From a virus (Duplodnaviria > Caudoviricetes), in IMG/VR virus record IMGVR_UViG_3300044714_000062, positions 1-61,323 of that record: DNA of 61,323 nucleotides; one strand, given 5' to 3'. The notes beneath the pieces are model-generated. The model worked only from the letters and a program-made list of their open reading frames with translations. It was not told the DNA's origin and ran no database searches. Positions 18,649 through 28,211 of this stretch are shown piece after piece (the stretch's first letter is position 1; every line of letters starts with the position of its first letter). The translations under genes and the position numbers were made by a program.

Positions 18649-20393
18649 GCCCGCGCCTGTAGCTTTTTGGTATAGAGCGCCATACCCTCCGTCAATGTTC
18701 TCGCGCCCCCAGGGTCACGTACGATCGCTTCCGCTAGCTCGCGGCCACCACCAGAACCGATATGTAGATGGACGTGGAGGTCGCGGCCACGGTGCGCCGC
18801 TGGGTGGTGATCGTCGGATTGGGTGTGCGCGTCAGGTTTAGTCTTGCCTACTTCGCCGAGTTCCCCGATGGTTTTGATGTTGTTAGTCGGTTTGAAGACT
18901 GACGGGATCGCGTTGTAGCCTTTGATGACGAGGTTGATGGCTTTGATGATCAGGTTGACGCCTTTTATGACCCCGTTCACGATGCCGTCGAACACGGTGG
19001 ACACGAACGACCCGATCCCGTGAAAGATACTTTCGACCCCCGTCTTTAGCTGCTTGAAGTGTTTGATGACCTCCACAAGCGCGAAGAGTGGGAGTGCGAA
19101 TGTGGCGAGGAGGATTTCCCAGTGCTGTTTGATGAATCCCACGGCGTCGAGTACGATTCTCTTGACGGCACCGAAGACCGCGTTTACTACTTCGCGGAAG
19201 GTTTTGAAGTGCATGTAGGCGTACACAACGCCGGCTACTAGGGCGGCTATCCCGATGACGATGAGGGAGACGGGGCTCGTGAGTAGAAACAGCATGTCGG
19301 CCGCGAACTCGATGGATGCGCCCCATGCCGTTGTGGCGATGGTAGCGAGCGCCATCGCGCCATTGTAGGCAAGTATCGGGATAACGACAGCGCCGACCCC
19401 TATCGCTAGGGCCTCGACAATCTGGTGGTACTTGATCGTCCATTTGATGATACTGGCGATGACACCGATCCCTACCTTGATGACTGCGCCGATGACCGCG
19501 AAGACGACCTTGAGGACTGCGCTGATTTGCGTCCAGTGGCGCATCACGCCCTGCGCAAGATGGCTAAGGAAATTGAAGGCTTTCGTCTCGATCGGAAGGA
19601 GTTTGCGCCCGATGCGCTCCGTAATGACATCCAGTAGGTTTTTGAAGTTGTTCATGGCGCCGGACGCGGTTTTGCTGTAAGCCTGCGTGGCACCTTTGTA
19701 TTTTTCGAGGACGACCCGGTTGATCTCCATCGCCGTTGCTTGTTTGTCGAGCAGTTCGGCGTGACGTAGTAGTTCCGGGTTCTGTTTCTTCTGCGCTTCG
19801 GTGAGCTGGTCAACATACGTCTTGACGGGCTGGATGATCCCTAGGTACTGTTGAGCCCTACCCGCCGTGCCGGCCTGCGCACGAGCAACGAGTTTCAACG
19901 CAGCGGAGTATTCGATGTGGGCGCCCCGCGCGAGGTTGACCGCGCTCGCGTTCAACTTGACCGCTGTCGAATACTTCCCCGTTACGTTGATGAGCTGCGT
20001 GAGTCCACGGGCTTCTTCGACCGGCGAGAACCCTCCATGCGTCGAGGAGTGCTCAATCGCCTGGTTAGCCTGCCGCATGGTGGACTTGCTTAGCTCCCCC
20101 GTGTTCCTGAGGGCGTTCTGAAGCTGCGCCTGCTGTTCCTGCCACTGTTTGCCGCCCTGCACCACGTCTTTCAACCCGAACACCACGGTCCCGAGCCCTA
20201 GCGCGCCGGCACCGTACCCGATGACGTTCTTCATCCCGCCGAATGCTTTGCTGAGTAGCCCCACGTGCTTGCTCGTGTCGTCGGCCGTCTTGCCTGTTTT
20301 TTCGAAGCCCTTCTCGGCCTCATCCTGCGCCCTCAACGCCCCACGGGAGTCACCTGTGAGCAGGAAGCGAACTATGCGGGTCTCGGAGTCCAT
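18645..20393 (-). CDS. Tape measure protein
   Basis: 582 aa helical, hydrophobic central repeats; tail context. Confidence 0.85.
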   Translation of the reverse strand: MDSETRIVRFLLTGDSRGALRAQDEAEKGFEKTGKTADDTSKHVGLLSKAFGGMKNVIGYGAGALGLGTVVFGLKDVVQGGKQWQEQQAQLQNALRNTGELSKSTMRQANQAIEHSSTHGGFSPVEEARGLTQLINVTGKYSTAVKLNASAVNLARGAHIEYSAALKLVARAQAGTAGRAQQYLGIIQPVKTYVDQLTEAQKKQNPELLRHAELLDKQATAMEINRVVLEKYKGATQAYSKTASGAMNNFKNLLDVITERIGRKLLPIETKAFNFLSHLAQGVMRHWTQISAVLKVVFAVIGAVIKVGIGVIASIIKWTIKYHQIVEALAIGVGAVVIPILAYNGAMALATIATTAWGASIEFAADMLFLLTSPVSLIVIGIAALVAGVVYAYMHFKTFREVVNAVFGAVKRIVLDAVGFIKQHWEILLATFALPLFALVEVIKHFKQLKTGVESIFHGIGSFVSTVFDGIVNGVIKGVNLIIKAINLVIKGYNAIPSVFKPTNNIKTIGELGEVGKTKPDAHTQSDDHHPAAHRGRDLHVHLHIGSGGGRELAEAIVRDPGGARTLTEGMALYTKKLQARA

Positions 20394-20878
20394 TAGCGTG
20401 CGTGGCCGTCGTAGTCAGTCGTGATGACTTTCGCGGCCTCCTTGAGTGCTTTCCTGATCTGCCGCTGAGCCTCCGGTAGCGTGATCTCAGCGGCGGGTTT
20501 GAGGAACGGGTGCATTGGCTGCTCCACCCACTGTTCGCGGTTGCCGAAAACGGGGTGCCGAAACGTTTTGCCGCCGCCCTTGCGTCCTTGGTTCCCCAAC
20601 TCAAAAAGGCCCGCGATAGGTGCCTTGGCGCCCCCAGCTTGAACGGAGACGGTGGCGCCCGCGACGCGGACCTTGATGGTGGGGGGTATCTTTTCTGAGT
20701 GCTCAGAGGCGATCGTGCGCGCGGCGATGGCCATGATCTCGCCGCCCTCGCGGAGCTTCTTGCGTAGTTCGCGACTCGTGAGCTTCGCGCTCTTTTTGAG
20801 GGCTTTCGCAGCGTTGCGGTATTCCCGCGTGTCGACCGCCTGACCCGAGCGCTCAGTGCTGGTATGGCTGCGTGCCAT
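20393..20878 (-). CDS. HK97 gp10-like tail completion protein
   Basis: FELG..RHPVFGN..W..Q..HPFLKPAA. Confidence 0.7.
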   Translation of the reverse strand: MARSHTSTERSGQAVDTREYRNAAKALKKSAKLTSRELRKKLREGGEIMAIAARTIASEHSEKIPPTIKVRVAGATVSVQAGGAKAPIAGLFELGNQGRKGGGKTFRHPVFGNREQWVEQPMHPFLKPAAEITLPEAQRQIRKALKEAAKVITTDYDGHAR

Positions 20879-21054
20879 CACCCACTCCTCTCGGCTGCCT
20901 GTTCGGCGATCTCGCTAGCAACGTCATACCGGGCACGAAGGATCGTCAGATAGGCAGGCTCACCATCGACAAACAGACGCCGGTAGTCAACCGGCACACC
21001 GAGGAGGTCGCAGTTCGCAGCCAGCCGGACTAGCTGGCTGCGTCGGCTTCCCCC
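20878..21054 (-). CDS. -1 frameshift extension of the tail assembly chaperone (gpGT-like)
   Basis: G GGG GAA at 21054-21048; -1 frame open to TGA at 20878, which overlaps the next ATG. Confidence 0.8.
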   Translation of the reverse strand, partial: GGSRRSQLVRLAANCDLLGVPVDYRRLFVDGEPAYLTILRARYDVASEIAEQAAERSG

Positions 21055-21566
21055 AACTGCTCCTCGTCGATCCCCTCGTCGATCGTGCCCTGCTTAGCCA
21101 TCAGGAGCCCAGCATGGACGATCACCTGTGTCTGCTGTGGGATGATGAGAAAGACCGCGGCCCGGTCAGTGATGGGCTCTTCGCTGTTCTTGTGCAGGCC
21201 GAGGTATTCGGCGAAAGCCACGTTGAGCTTGTGGTCTTCGGCGTTGAACTTCTCCGCTTCGGCCTTCGTCTGCTCGTCTGAGGGGGCGCGTGCCTCGATG
21301 CTCTCGCAGGCCGCGACGAGCGTGTCAGCGGCGTTGTACAGCTCGGCGGTGGCTTCCGCGTCCTCCTTTGTTTTGCCGCGCACCTTCGCGTTCCGGGCCG
21401 CTATGCGGCGCTGCGTCTTCCAGTCCACCAGATGGTAGAGGCCAACCAGTCTCCCCCCGTAGCCGGGGATAGGTAGCCGCTCGATCGTGTTGGCTTGCTG
21501 TTCGGCGCGCTGGCGCTGAAGCTGCTCCTGTAGCGACTCCGACGGCCGTGGGAGTTCCGCAGCCAT
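21030..21566 (-). CDS. Tail assembly chaperone (gpG-like)
   Basis: Follows the tube gene; slippery site near its 3' end. Confidence 0.75.
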   Translation of the reverse strand: MAAELPRPSESLQEQLQRQRAEQQANTIERLPIPGYGGRLVGLYHLVDWKTQRRIAARNAKVRGKTKEDAEATAELYNAADTLVAACESIEARAPSDEQTKAEAEKFNAEDHKLNVAFAEYLGLHKNSEEPITDRAAVFLIIPQQTQVIVHAGLLMAKQGTIDEGIDEEQLGEADAAS

Positions 21567-21988
21567 CAGCCCACAGCCCCATTCGGGCTCACTTTGAGCT
21601 GGAGCTTCGCCTCTTCACTGGTCCCGGCCTTGTAGTTCGGCCGTGTGCAGCCTGTTAGGACCCCCGTGTACGTTTCGACGTACCCCGTGGATGCCTGTTC
21701 GGGGCCGAGCACTGTGTAGCTCACGGTGACGGCCGCAGCGACGACTACCGCCCGGTCGAGAGCCTTCTTGACCCCAGTCATCGCTTCTGACCAGAGGCGC
21801 TCAACGGTGATCGGCGCACGCTTGGCGACACCCCCCAGTGGGATCTGTTCCTGCATCGCGCCGGGGAACACGACTAGTTCCTCGGCGGTGACGTCGCCGC
21901 CCTCCAGCATGTCCCATACTTCGGAGTCGAGGGAGACGCCAGCGACACTTACGTGGATGGCTACCTGGTCCGAGCGAAATATCCTCAT
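21566..21988 (-). CDS. Tail tube protein
   Basis: 140 aa beta-rich protein directly after the sheath gene. Confidence 0.8.
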   Translation of the reverse strand: MRIFRSDQVAIHVSVAGVSLDSEVWDMLEGGDVTAEELVVFPGAMQEQIPLGGVAKRAPITVERLWSEAMTGVKKALDRAVVVAAAVTVSYTVLGPEQASTGYVETYTGVLTGCTRPNYKAGTSEEAKLQLKVSPNGAVG

Positions 21989-23466
21989 TATGCACCCACG
22001 CTTTCTGTGATCGGTGCTGCAACGATGATCTCGCTGAGCGAGTTGACGAACGGCGAGATCCGCACTTTGAGTTCGGCGTTGAGCTGCCCTTCCTGCTCAG
22101 TCGCAGGCGTATTGATCGGTTCCTGCACGTTCGCTACACCGGCTTCAGGGGCCGAGTTGCCGAATAGGGCGTTCTCTTTCCAGTGTTCGGCTATGACGCC
22201 CTGGAGTTCTCCCTGGAGCTTCGAGAGGAGGATGCCGCGCCCGTCGATCGTGCGGCCAAAGAACTTTTCGAGGAGTTCTTCGGACTGCCACACAAGGTGC
22301 ATCCGCTCCCGACCCGCTGACGCCTGCCAGTAAATCTTGTCCGTGGAGGGCAGCAATGCAGTAACGAACCCGTACAAGCACGGGATACCCGATGGTGTCA
22401 CGTACCACGAGTTGATCCCGGCTTCTGAGAGTTCCGTCATCTGCGCCAGCGTGAACGTGTTCGTGAACCCCGTGACGAAGTTGCTGATGCCTCCGGGGCC
22501 ATAGGCGGGAGGAGCCCAGCCGATCCCTATGGGCGCCTGGTTGTCGTTGCCCGTTGCGGCGACCTGCGCGCAGAGAGCGGCGATCACCCCGGACCCTGCG
22601 ATTCTGCGTGTCGTGTTCGCCGTGATGCCGGGCACGATGCACGAGCCGGAGTGGAAAATCATGTACCCCGCGATGTTCGCCGGATAGGATTCTTTCGCGG
22701 TTATCAGGGTGGCAGGGGTCGCGGAGTCCGCGAGGTCGCAGATAGCGAGCCTGTTGTTTTTCGTCGTCTGGCAGTGTTCGCCCATCAGCACATGGATGCC
22801 TTTTTTGACGGGTTCTTTTTCCGTCGCGGGAATCCACACCTGTCCCGGCCCGTAGGTCTTGAGTATCCGTTCGAGGGCTTCTTTCGCCAGGGCTTCGGTG
22901 ATTTCCGTGGCCGGGTTCGTGCCGCCAGTGAGCGCGGCCGCAGCAACAACTTTGAGCGCTTCGCCTTTGCCGGTAGAATATTCCGAACCTTCCGTGACCG
23001 CGATATACTGCGAGGTGACACCCACGAATTCGCTGGCTTTTGTACCTTTGAACGTTTCGAGGACTTCTCCCGCTTCGTTCTGCACGATCAGTTCCGTGGC
23101 GGTCCCTTCAACCTTTAGCTTGTTACCGAGCGTCCCGGTGTACTTCGCTTTCACAACGAGCACTTTCGCGGCACCAGCGGTAGCGAGTTCTTTGCTGGCG
23201 GCAGCAGCCGAGCTTTCTTTCCCGGCGCGCGTGACATATATCTGCGCCATGCCGAGGTTGAACGCAGCCTGTATATCGTCATACATGACGGAACTAGTCG
23301 CGGTGCGTTCCCCGAACACTTCCACGTACCGTGCCAGGCTCTTGACGAGCGTCGGCGTATATGGTCCCGAGTCGGTCAGCCCGATCGGGAAGCCCGTTCC
23401 AGTGGAGATGGAGGTCCCCGCCGACTGGGCCGTCTCACTGGACGACACTTTGATTCCAAACGACAT
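21988..23466 (-). CDS. Tail sheath protein
   Basis: LTDSGP..PTLV.S...Y...FG; AKYTGTLGN; LTGGT; L.EAGIN; C-terminal VRISPF. Confidence 0.9.
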   Translation of the reverse strand: MSFGIKVSSSETAQSAGTSISTGTGFPIGLTDSGPYTPTLVKSLARYVEVFGERTATSSVMYDDIQAAFNLGMAQIYVTRAGKESSAAAASKELATAGAAKVLVVKAKYTGTLGNKLKVEGTATELIVQNEAGEVLETFKGTKASEFVGVTSQYIAVTEGSEYSTGKGEALKVVAAAALTGGTNPATEITEALAKEALERILKTYGPGQVWIPATEKEPVKKGIHVLMGEHCQTTKNNRLAICDLADSATPATLITAKESYPANIAGYMIFHSGSCIVPGITANTTRRIAGSGVIAALCAQVAATGNDNQAPIGIGWAPPAYGPGGISNFVTGFTNTFTLAQMTELSEAGINSWYVTPSGIPCLYGFVTALLPSTDKIYWQASAGRERMHLVWQSEELLEKFFGRTIDGRGILLSKLQGELQGVIAEHWKENALFGNSAPEAGVANVQEPINTPATEQEGQLNAELKVRISPFVNSLSEIIVAAPITESVGA

Positions 23467-23479
23467 AGCGGCTCCTCCT

Positions 23480-24154
23480 CTACAGGGGGGTTGCGGTTGG
23501 CTCAGCGATCACGTCAACATCTCCGTCTTTTGCGACAGGACGATCCTCAAAGGGTTCTTCAGGTCCCGTGTACCCCGGCGATTCGCTGGGCGTCAAGCCC
23601 GTCGGCCCGTCTAGCTGGTTTACGACCGGGGCAACCCACACATGGAACGTCGTGATCGACGCCTGCTGCCGACGCTTGTCCGGTTCGGGACACTCAACTC
23701 TCGGTACGCCGACCATCCTCGACCACTGCAAGTTCGGGATTTCGAGAGCGCCCTGCTGCACCAGCAACATCACCGCCGCCCCGTACAACGAGACCTGCAT
23801 CCGCGCGGACTCTTCAGGCAGGAACTGCTCCACGCCGTCCTTGCCGAGAGCGACGCACCAGACCTGAACCTCGAAGCCCTGCACATACCCCACGCTCGCC
23901 GAGACCTCGGGTTCACCCTCGGGCTCCACGATCACGATGACCGCCGGCAGTTCAGCGTCGGACCACGAGATCGCTTCCGAGGTCCCCCCGTGGTAGCTCT
24001 CGGGGGCTGGCGGCCGCTCTAGGGTTCTGGGGCGGATGCCGTGCTGGCGCTCTACTTCAGCAAGGTACGCGTCGAGCCATGTGCGGAGCGTGGCGAGGAC
24101 GCCCTGCTCGACGTCCCATAGGCTCACCAGGGGGCCAATCAGCGTTTCGGGCAC
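23480..24154 (-). CDS. Tail terminator / neck protein
   Basis: Synteny before the sheath gene; LPAVIV motif. Confidence 0.55.
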   Translation of the reverse strand: MPETLIGPLVSLWDVEQGVLATLRTWLDAYLAEVERQHGIRPRTLERPPAPESYHGGTSEAISWSDAELPAVIVIVEPEGEPEVSASVGYVQGFEVQVWCVALGKDGVEQFLPEESARMQVSLYGAAVMLLVQQGALEIPNLQWSRMVGVPRVECPEPDKRRQQASITTFHVWVAPVVNQLDGPTGLTPSESPGYTGPEEPFEDRPVAKDGDVDVIAEPTATPL

Positions 24155-24171
24155 CGCGGGCCTCCTGTTAG

Positions 24172-24339
24172 CTATGGGTGCCGTGTGGCGTGCGCTGAAG
24201 CGAGCGTCAGTGTCTCTCCGGGCGTAGCGGGCCGGAAGCCTTTCAGCCAGCGCTCGCGGTCCTGCGCCTCGGTCTGCTGGCGCTCACGGATCAGCTTGTC
24301 GTGCCGTTTACGCCACGCACGGTCAGTCTGTTTACCCAT
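24172..24339 (-). CDS. Small basic hypothetical protein
   Basis: RBS GAAGG; 55 aa. Confidence 0.4.
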   Translation of the reverse strand: MGKQTDRAWRKRHDKLIRERQQTEAQDRERWLKGFRPATPGETLTLASAHATRHP

Positions 24340-24356
24340 GTTGGGTCCTTCCCTGT

Positions 24357-25325
24357 CTATGCGAGCGATGGGTGACGTCTCGTGGGGCTGAGCATCGCTA
24401 CGACGTGGTACGGCAGCGCGACGTGCGGTAGCTGCTGTTCGGTGTCGGCCTGCGTTTCGCGGCCTCTCCCGGTCGCCTGCGTGGTCATCCACCACCAGCG
24501 GATCGTCTCCCGGGCGGCCCTAGCGACGTTCCGAGGGACCTGTTCCTGGCCGGCCTGATAGACCACATGCACGCTCTGCTGCGGGTGGGAAGGGTCGTGC
24601 CACCAGTTGTATGTACCACCACCGGAGGTGCGACGCACAATGAGGCCGAGTTCGTCGTGCGTCATCTCGCTATAGACGGACCCCTGTGTTGGGGTGGGCA
24701 CGATCGAGAGGTTGTACTCGATGGGACCACGGAACTCGCTGACCGCCAGAACATTCAGCAATGGACTCGTGCCGGGACCGAACGAGGGCTTGTGTCGGAG
24801 GCTGATCGTGCTGTGGCCACCTTCATACCACTCATCGAACGTCTGCGGGATGATTGGCCCTGTGTGCTCTTCGATCAGCGGCTGGACGTCTTCGATGAGC
24901 CCCACGAGCTCCGCGTCGTGAACGCGGTCGTTAGCGGGGAGGTTCAGCGTTTGCTTGACTTCGGGGAGCGACACGATGAGCCGTTCGCCTGGGGTGAGTA
25001 GGCTCTCTTCGATGCTGATCCAGATGTAGCCGACGGTCGGCCAGCGCATTTTCGCGCCGCCGCCAAGTACGACCTCCCATGATGCGGCGAACTCGCCGAC
25101 TATGGCGGTGTCTTTCGCGCTGAACGTGTACGAGACGTTGCCGCCCACGGGTTCAGTGATGGCCGCTACGCCTGTGAGCGTCACCGGGGTCGCAGAAACC
25201 AAGGAGCGCATCACCAGGCTCACCGTGGCGCCGGTCAGGTTCGCCGGCTGCCCATTGGTGTATGTCAGGGTATCTGTGAGGATCGGGCTCGTGTCGTTCT
25301 GTGCGATCGTGAAATCGGGCTGCAT
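24357..25325 (-). CDS. Head-tail adaptor fused to an N-terminal BppU-like Ig domain
   Basis: FTIAQNDT.P..NLTGATV..G.VSY..DT..P..GYI.I.I then VSLPEVKQTL..D.EL..IE..G..V.Y.AG..VP. Confidence 0.75.
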   Translation of the reverse strand: MQPDFTIAQNDTSPILTDTLTYTNGQPANLTGATVSLVMRSLVSATPVTLTGVAAITEPVGGNVSYTFSAKDTAIVGEFAASWEVVLGGGAKMRWPTVGYIWISIEESLLTPGERLIVSLPEVKQTLNLPANDRVHDAELVGLIEDVQPLIEEHTGPIIPQTFDEWYEGGHSTISLRHKPSFGPGTSPLLNVLAVSEFRGPIEYNLSIVPTPTQGSVYSEMTHDELGLIVRRTSGGGTYNWWHDPSHPQQSVHVVYQAGQEQVPRNVARAARETIRWWWMTTQATGRGRETQADTEQQLPHVALPYHVVAMLSPTRRHPSLA

Positions 25326-26956
25326 TAGACCTCCCCAGCGACCGATTCGGGAGACACCAGCCCGGCTAGAACAGGTGTGGCACGGATCTTGAGGCTCCCG
25401 GTACTCGTGGAGTTCGCGGCCTGGAGCAAAACCTGCGTCGGGGCATATAGTGGGAGGGTCGTGAGCCCCGGGTAGAGTTCTTCGCTGGGATACAGGTTTT
25501 CGCTGGGTTGCAGCGCTGGACCGCCAGCTTCGGATACCCCCCCCGCGGGGTTCAGGGCGATATCGGTCGTTGCCGTGTCGGTCAGGCTCCCGCTACTGAC
25601 CCCTACGGCAGCGCTGAGCCCGAGATAAGTGATTGCTGTGACCGCGAGAGCTCCCGTGCTGACCCCAGCGGCGGCATGTAGGTCGATGTGGGCGTTCAGG
25701 AAGAGAGTGCCCGCAGAGACCCCAGCGGCGGCTTCGAGAGGGACCTGTGTCTTGGCGGTGACCCCGAGACTGCCGGTAGTCTGCCCGACCGCGGGTTCTA
25801 GGGCCGTCGCGCCTGTCGTCGTAGCTGTCATCACGCCGCCAGACTGGCCCGCTGCCGCATTCAACGGCACCCCAGCGGTCGTGGTGTCCGTCAGGGACCC
25901 TCCGCTGGTTCCCGCGGCTGCCCCGAGCATGACTTGCGTCGGTGCTGTCGCGGGAAGGCTTGGCTGCCCTGGGTAGAGTTCTTCGCCCGGGTAGAGCCCT
26001 TCTTCGGGTTCGAGACCCGGTCCACCGGCTTCTGAGTGGCCAGCTGCGGCCTGTAGCGCGATCTGGGTAGGTGCCGTGACGGCCACGGATGGCCCACTGG
26101 CTCCCCCTGCGGGCGCAAGCGGCGCTAGGGCTGCTGCTGTGAGCGCGGCGCTTGCAGCACTCGTCCCCGCAGCTGGGTGGAGGTCGAGATGGGCGTCGAG
26201 GAAGATTTCACCGCCGCTGATGCCTGCCGCTACACCCAGGGGCGCGCTCGTGGGGGCTGTGACCGCGAGGCTTCCCCCGCTCGACCCCGCGGCGGGATTC
26301 AACGCTACGGGGATCGGTGCGGGCGCAGCTTGGTACGCGGCGATCAGGCCAGCCCAGGTGCCCGTGCTCGAGAACGAGCCCGTAGCGGTCGCTTTGCTCC
26401 CCGCCGTGGGTGCTAGCAGGTACTCGGCGCCCAGGGAGCCACCGGTCTGGTCGGCGCCCGTCAAGCCCGTCGCACTCCCCCCCGCGGTGAACGTCCCAAG
26501 GGATGCTGTGCTACCGAAGACCCCTACCCATGCGTCGCCTTCAAGGAGGTTCCCCGTCGTCGGGCCTGCCGAGACGGAGGTCCCTATCCCGCTACCGTTG
26601 CCGCTCGTGTCGAACCAGCTCGCGGACTTGACCCCCGAGAACTCGAAGGCCGCGGCCTCAACGACGAGGCTGGCGCCAAAACCGTTGACGCTAATCGACG
26701 TGACACCCGTTTTGGTGATCCTCGCGGAGAAGACCATGACGGTGATCGCTACACCACTCGTGATTTCCGCGTCCAGGTTGTAGGTCGTACCCGAGCTGTC
26801 GGAGCATGACGCGGCCCCTGTGGCCGCTGCGGTCGCGACAGCGACGACCAGGGTATTGCCGACTGCGCCAGCTGTGATTGGGAGCGTGACGGAACCCCCG
26901 CCGAGCGGGCTCGTGGTAGCTATTTGGCCGCTATTGCGGACGAGCGCAATCGACAT
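25325..26956 (-). CDS. Repeat-rich fibre/scaffold protein
   Basis: About 13 repeats of ~21 aa (L..AAG.S.GSL..TA), two LxPxxxLYPxxxLYP inserts, N-terminal beta-sandwich. Confidence 0.7.
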   Translation of the reverse strand: MSIALVRNSGQIATTSPLGGGSVTLPITAGAVGNTLVVAVATAAATGAASCSDSSGTTYNLDAEITSGVAITVMVFSARITKTGVTSISVNGFGASLVVEAAAFEFSGVKSASWFDTSGNGSGIGTSVSAGPTTGNLLEGDAWVGVFGSTASLGTFTAGGSATGLTGADQTGGSLGAEYLLAPTAGSKATATGSFSSTGTWAGLIAAYQAAPAPIPVALNPAAGSSGGSLAVTAPTSAPLGVAAGISGGEIFLDAHLDLHPAAGTSAASAALTAAALAPLAPAGGASGPSVAVTAPTQIALQAAAGHSEAGGPGLEPEEGLYPGEELYPGQPSLPATAPTQVMLGAAAGTSGGSLTDTTTAGVPLNAAAGQSGGVMTATTTGATALEPAVGQTTGSLGVTAKTQVPLEAAAGVSAGTLFLNAHIDLHAAAGVSTGALAVTAITYLGLSAAVGVSSGSLTDTATTDIALNPAGGVSEAGGPALQPSENLYPSEELYPGLTTLPLYAPTQVLLQAANSTSTGSLKIRATPVLAGLVSPESVAGEV

Positions 26957-26981
26957 TGCTCCTCCTCACGCAAAGCGGCAG

Positions 26982-28211
26982 TCACGGGGTGAAAGATTCT
27001 ATCGCTTCGAGGGTCTGCCACGGGAGTTTGGGTACGAAGCTGCCGGAGCCACTAAGTTCCTCGGTGATATGCGGCAGCGCTTTGTCTTCCCATGATTTGG
27101 GTGACCATTCTTTGGCCTGGAAACGCCAGTCTGCTGGGGCGCCATAGGTCGGGTCGATGTCAACCCAGGCGTACGGCGAGCCGATATCGACCTGGCTCTC
27201 CAACGGGATACCGACCCCCCTCGCCCCGATATTGTCGGGGACGAATGCCCCGTGCTTGCGGACCGCTTCGTAGATCGCTTTGGCGATCGTCCCGAGACTC
27301 GCGTATTCGCTCGCGCGTGATTCCTTCGGGAAGGCTAGGAACGTGCCATCGGGTACCGCGTCAACATGAGGATAGGCAGGGTTGGGTTTACCTTCGTATT
27401 CTTCTGAGATCAATGAGTCGTATTTGCCTGCGCCGGAGTCGCTGCGTGTCGCAGGGGAAACCCATCCGGGGCCGGTCACGGGAAGAATGAGCGCGATGGC
27501 GTGGTTGATTTCTCCATCGAGTAGGACGTTGATGATGTCCTGCCACATAATCATCCCGCCGAGCATCGCTAGCGACGAGGCGCGGATACCCCAGTTGTTC
27601 GGCCATACCCCGCTGAATGACGAGAGCCCTTTCAGGTAGCCCCCCCACCGGGCCGTGAACGGCCCCGTTTCTTCAGCGCCGTGCGCTTCGAACTTCCAGA
27701 ACTCCCACATCTCACTCGTGTCGAGGTTGATGATCGTCACGCTTTTATCGGAGTTGTTTGGGTCCGCGATGTGTTTCGCCGCGATAGTCGCCGCCGGGGG
27801 GATGGGGACGGCAGCCCACGTTCTTCCGAGACCGTTGTTTTCCGCTTCGGGGAGTTCTTCCCCCGTTTCGGTGACATGCGCGACCCTTACCTTAGGGACC
27901 GCGCTATTGACGAAATAGAAGGTCGAGGAGGGCGTCGAGAGACCGGAGTAGAAGCGCCCCGTGGATGTGCACCCCGGTATCTTGCCGCCCGTGTACGCGG
28001 ACCCATAGAAGTTGGGGGCCGCTTCCGCGTTGTAGCTGTACGCCGGGTCGGTGTAATGCATCTGGTTGGCGAGCATAAGTGCCAGTTCTTGACTCGCGGC
28101 ACGCGGGGCTTTCGTCATGTCCCGCTGAAAAATGTTGGTCGGCGCGAATAGGCTAATCGGAGTAGCCGCGGACACGCCGAACGCACTTCCGCTGAAGAGG
28201 AGCGAGCTCAT
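26982..28211 (-). CDS. Globular enzyme-like protein of unknown function, probably virion accessory
   Basis: VPIP..D..IIN..WEFWK..G.RASSL..LGG..INHAI..PATRSD..P.G..IYEA..KHG.F.D; no signal peptide. Confidence 0.6.
   Translation of the reverse strand: MSSLLFSGSAFGVSAATPISLFAPTNIFQRDMTKAPRAASQELALMLANQMHYTDPAYSYNAEAAPNFYGSAYTGGKIPGCTSTGRFYSGLSTPSSTFYFVNSAVPKVRVAHVTETGEELPEAENNGLGRTWAAVPIPPAATIAAKHIADPNNSDKSVTIINLDTSEMWEFWKFEAHGAEETGPFTARWGGYLKGLSSFSGVWPNNWGIRASSLAMLGGMIMWQDIINVLLDGEINHAIALILPVTGPGWVSPATRSDSGAGKYDSLISEEYEGKPNPAYPHVDAVPDGTFLAFPKESRASEYASLGTIAKAIYEAVRKHGAFVPDNIGARGVGIPLESQVDIGSPYAWVDIDPTYGAPADWRFQAKEWSPKSWEDKALPHITEELSGSGSFVPKLPWQTLEAIESFTP

Noticed and set aside
12558-23466. Stand-alone contractile injection system or tailocin
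   Set aside because: Linked to complete head, packaging, replication and integrase modules, so it is a phage tail
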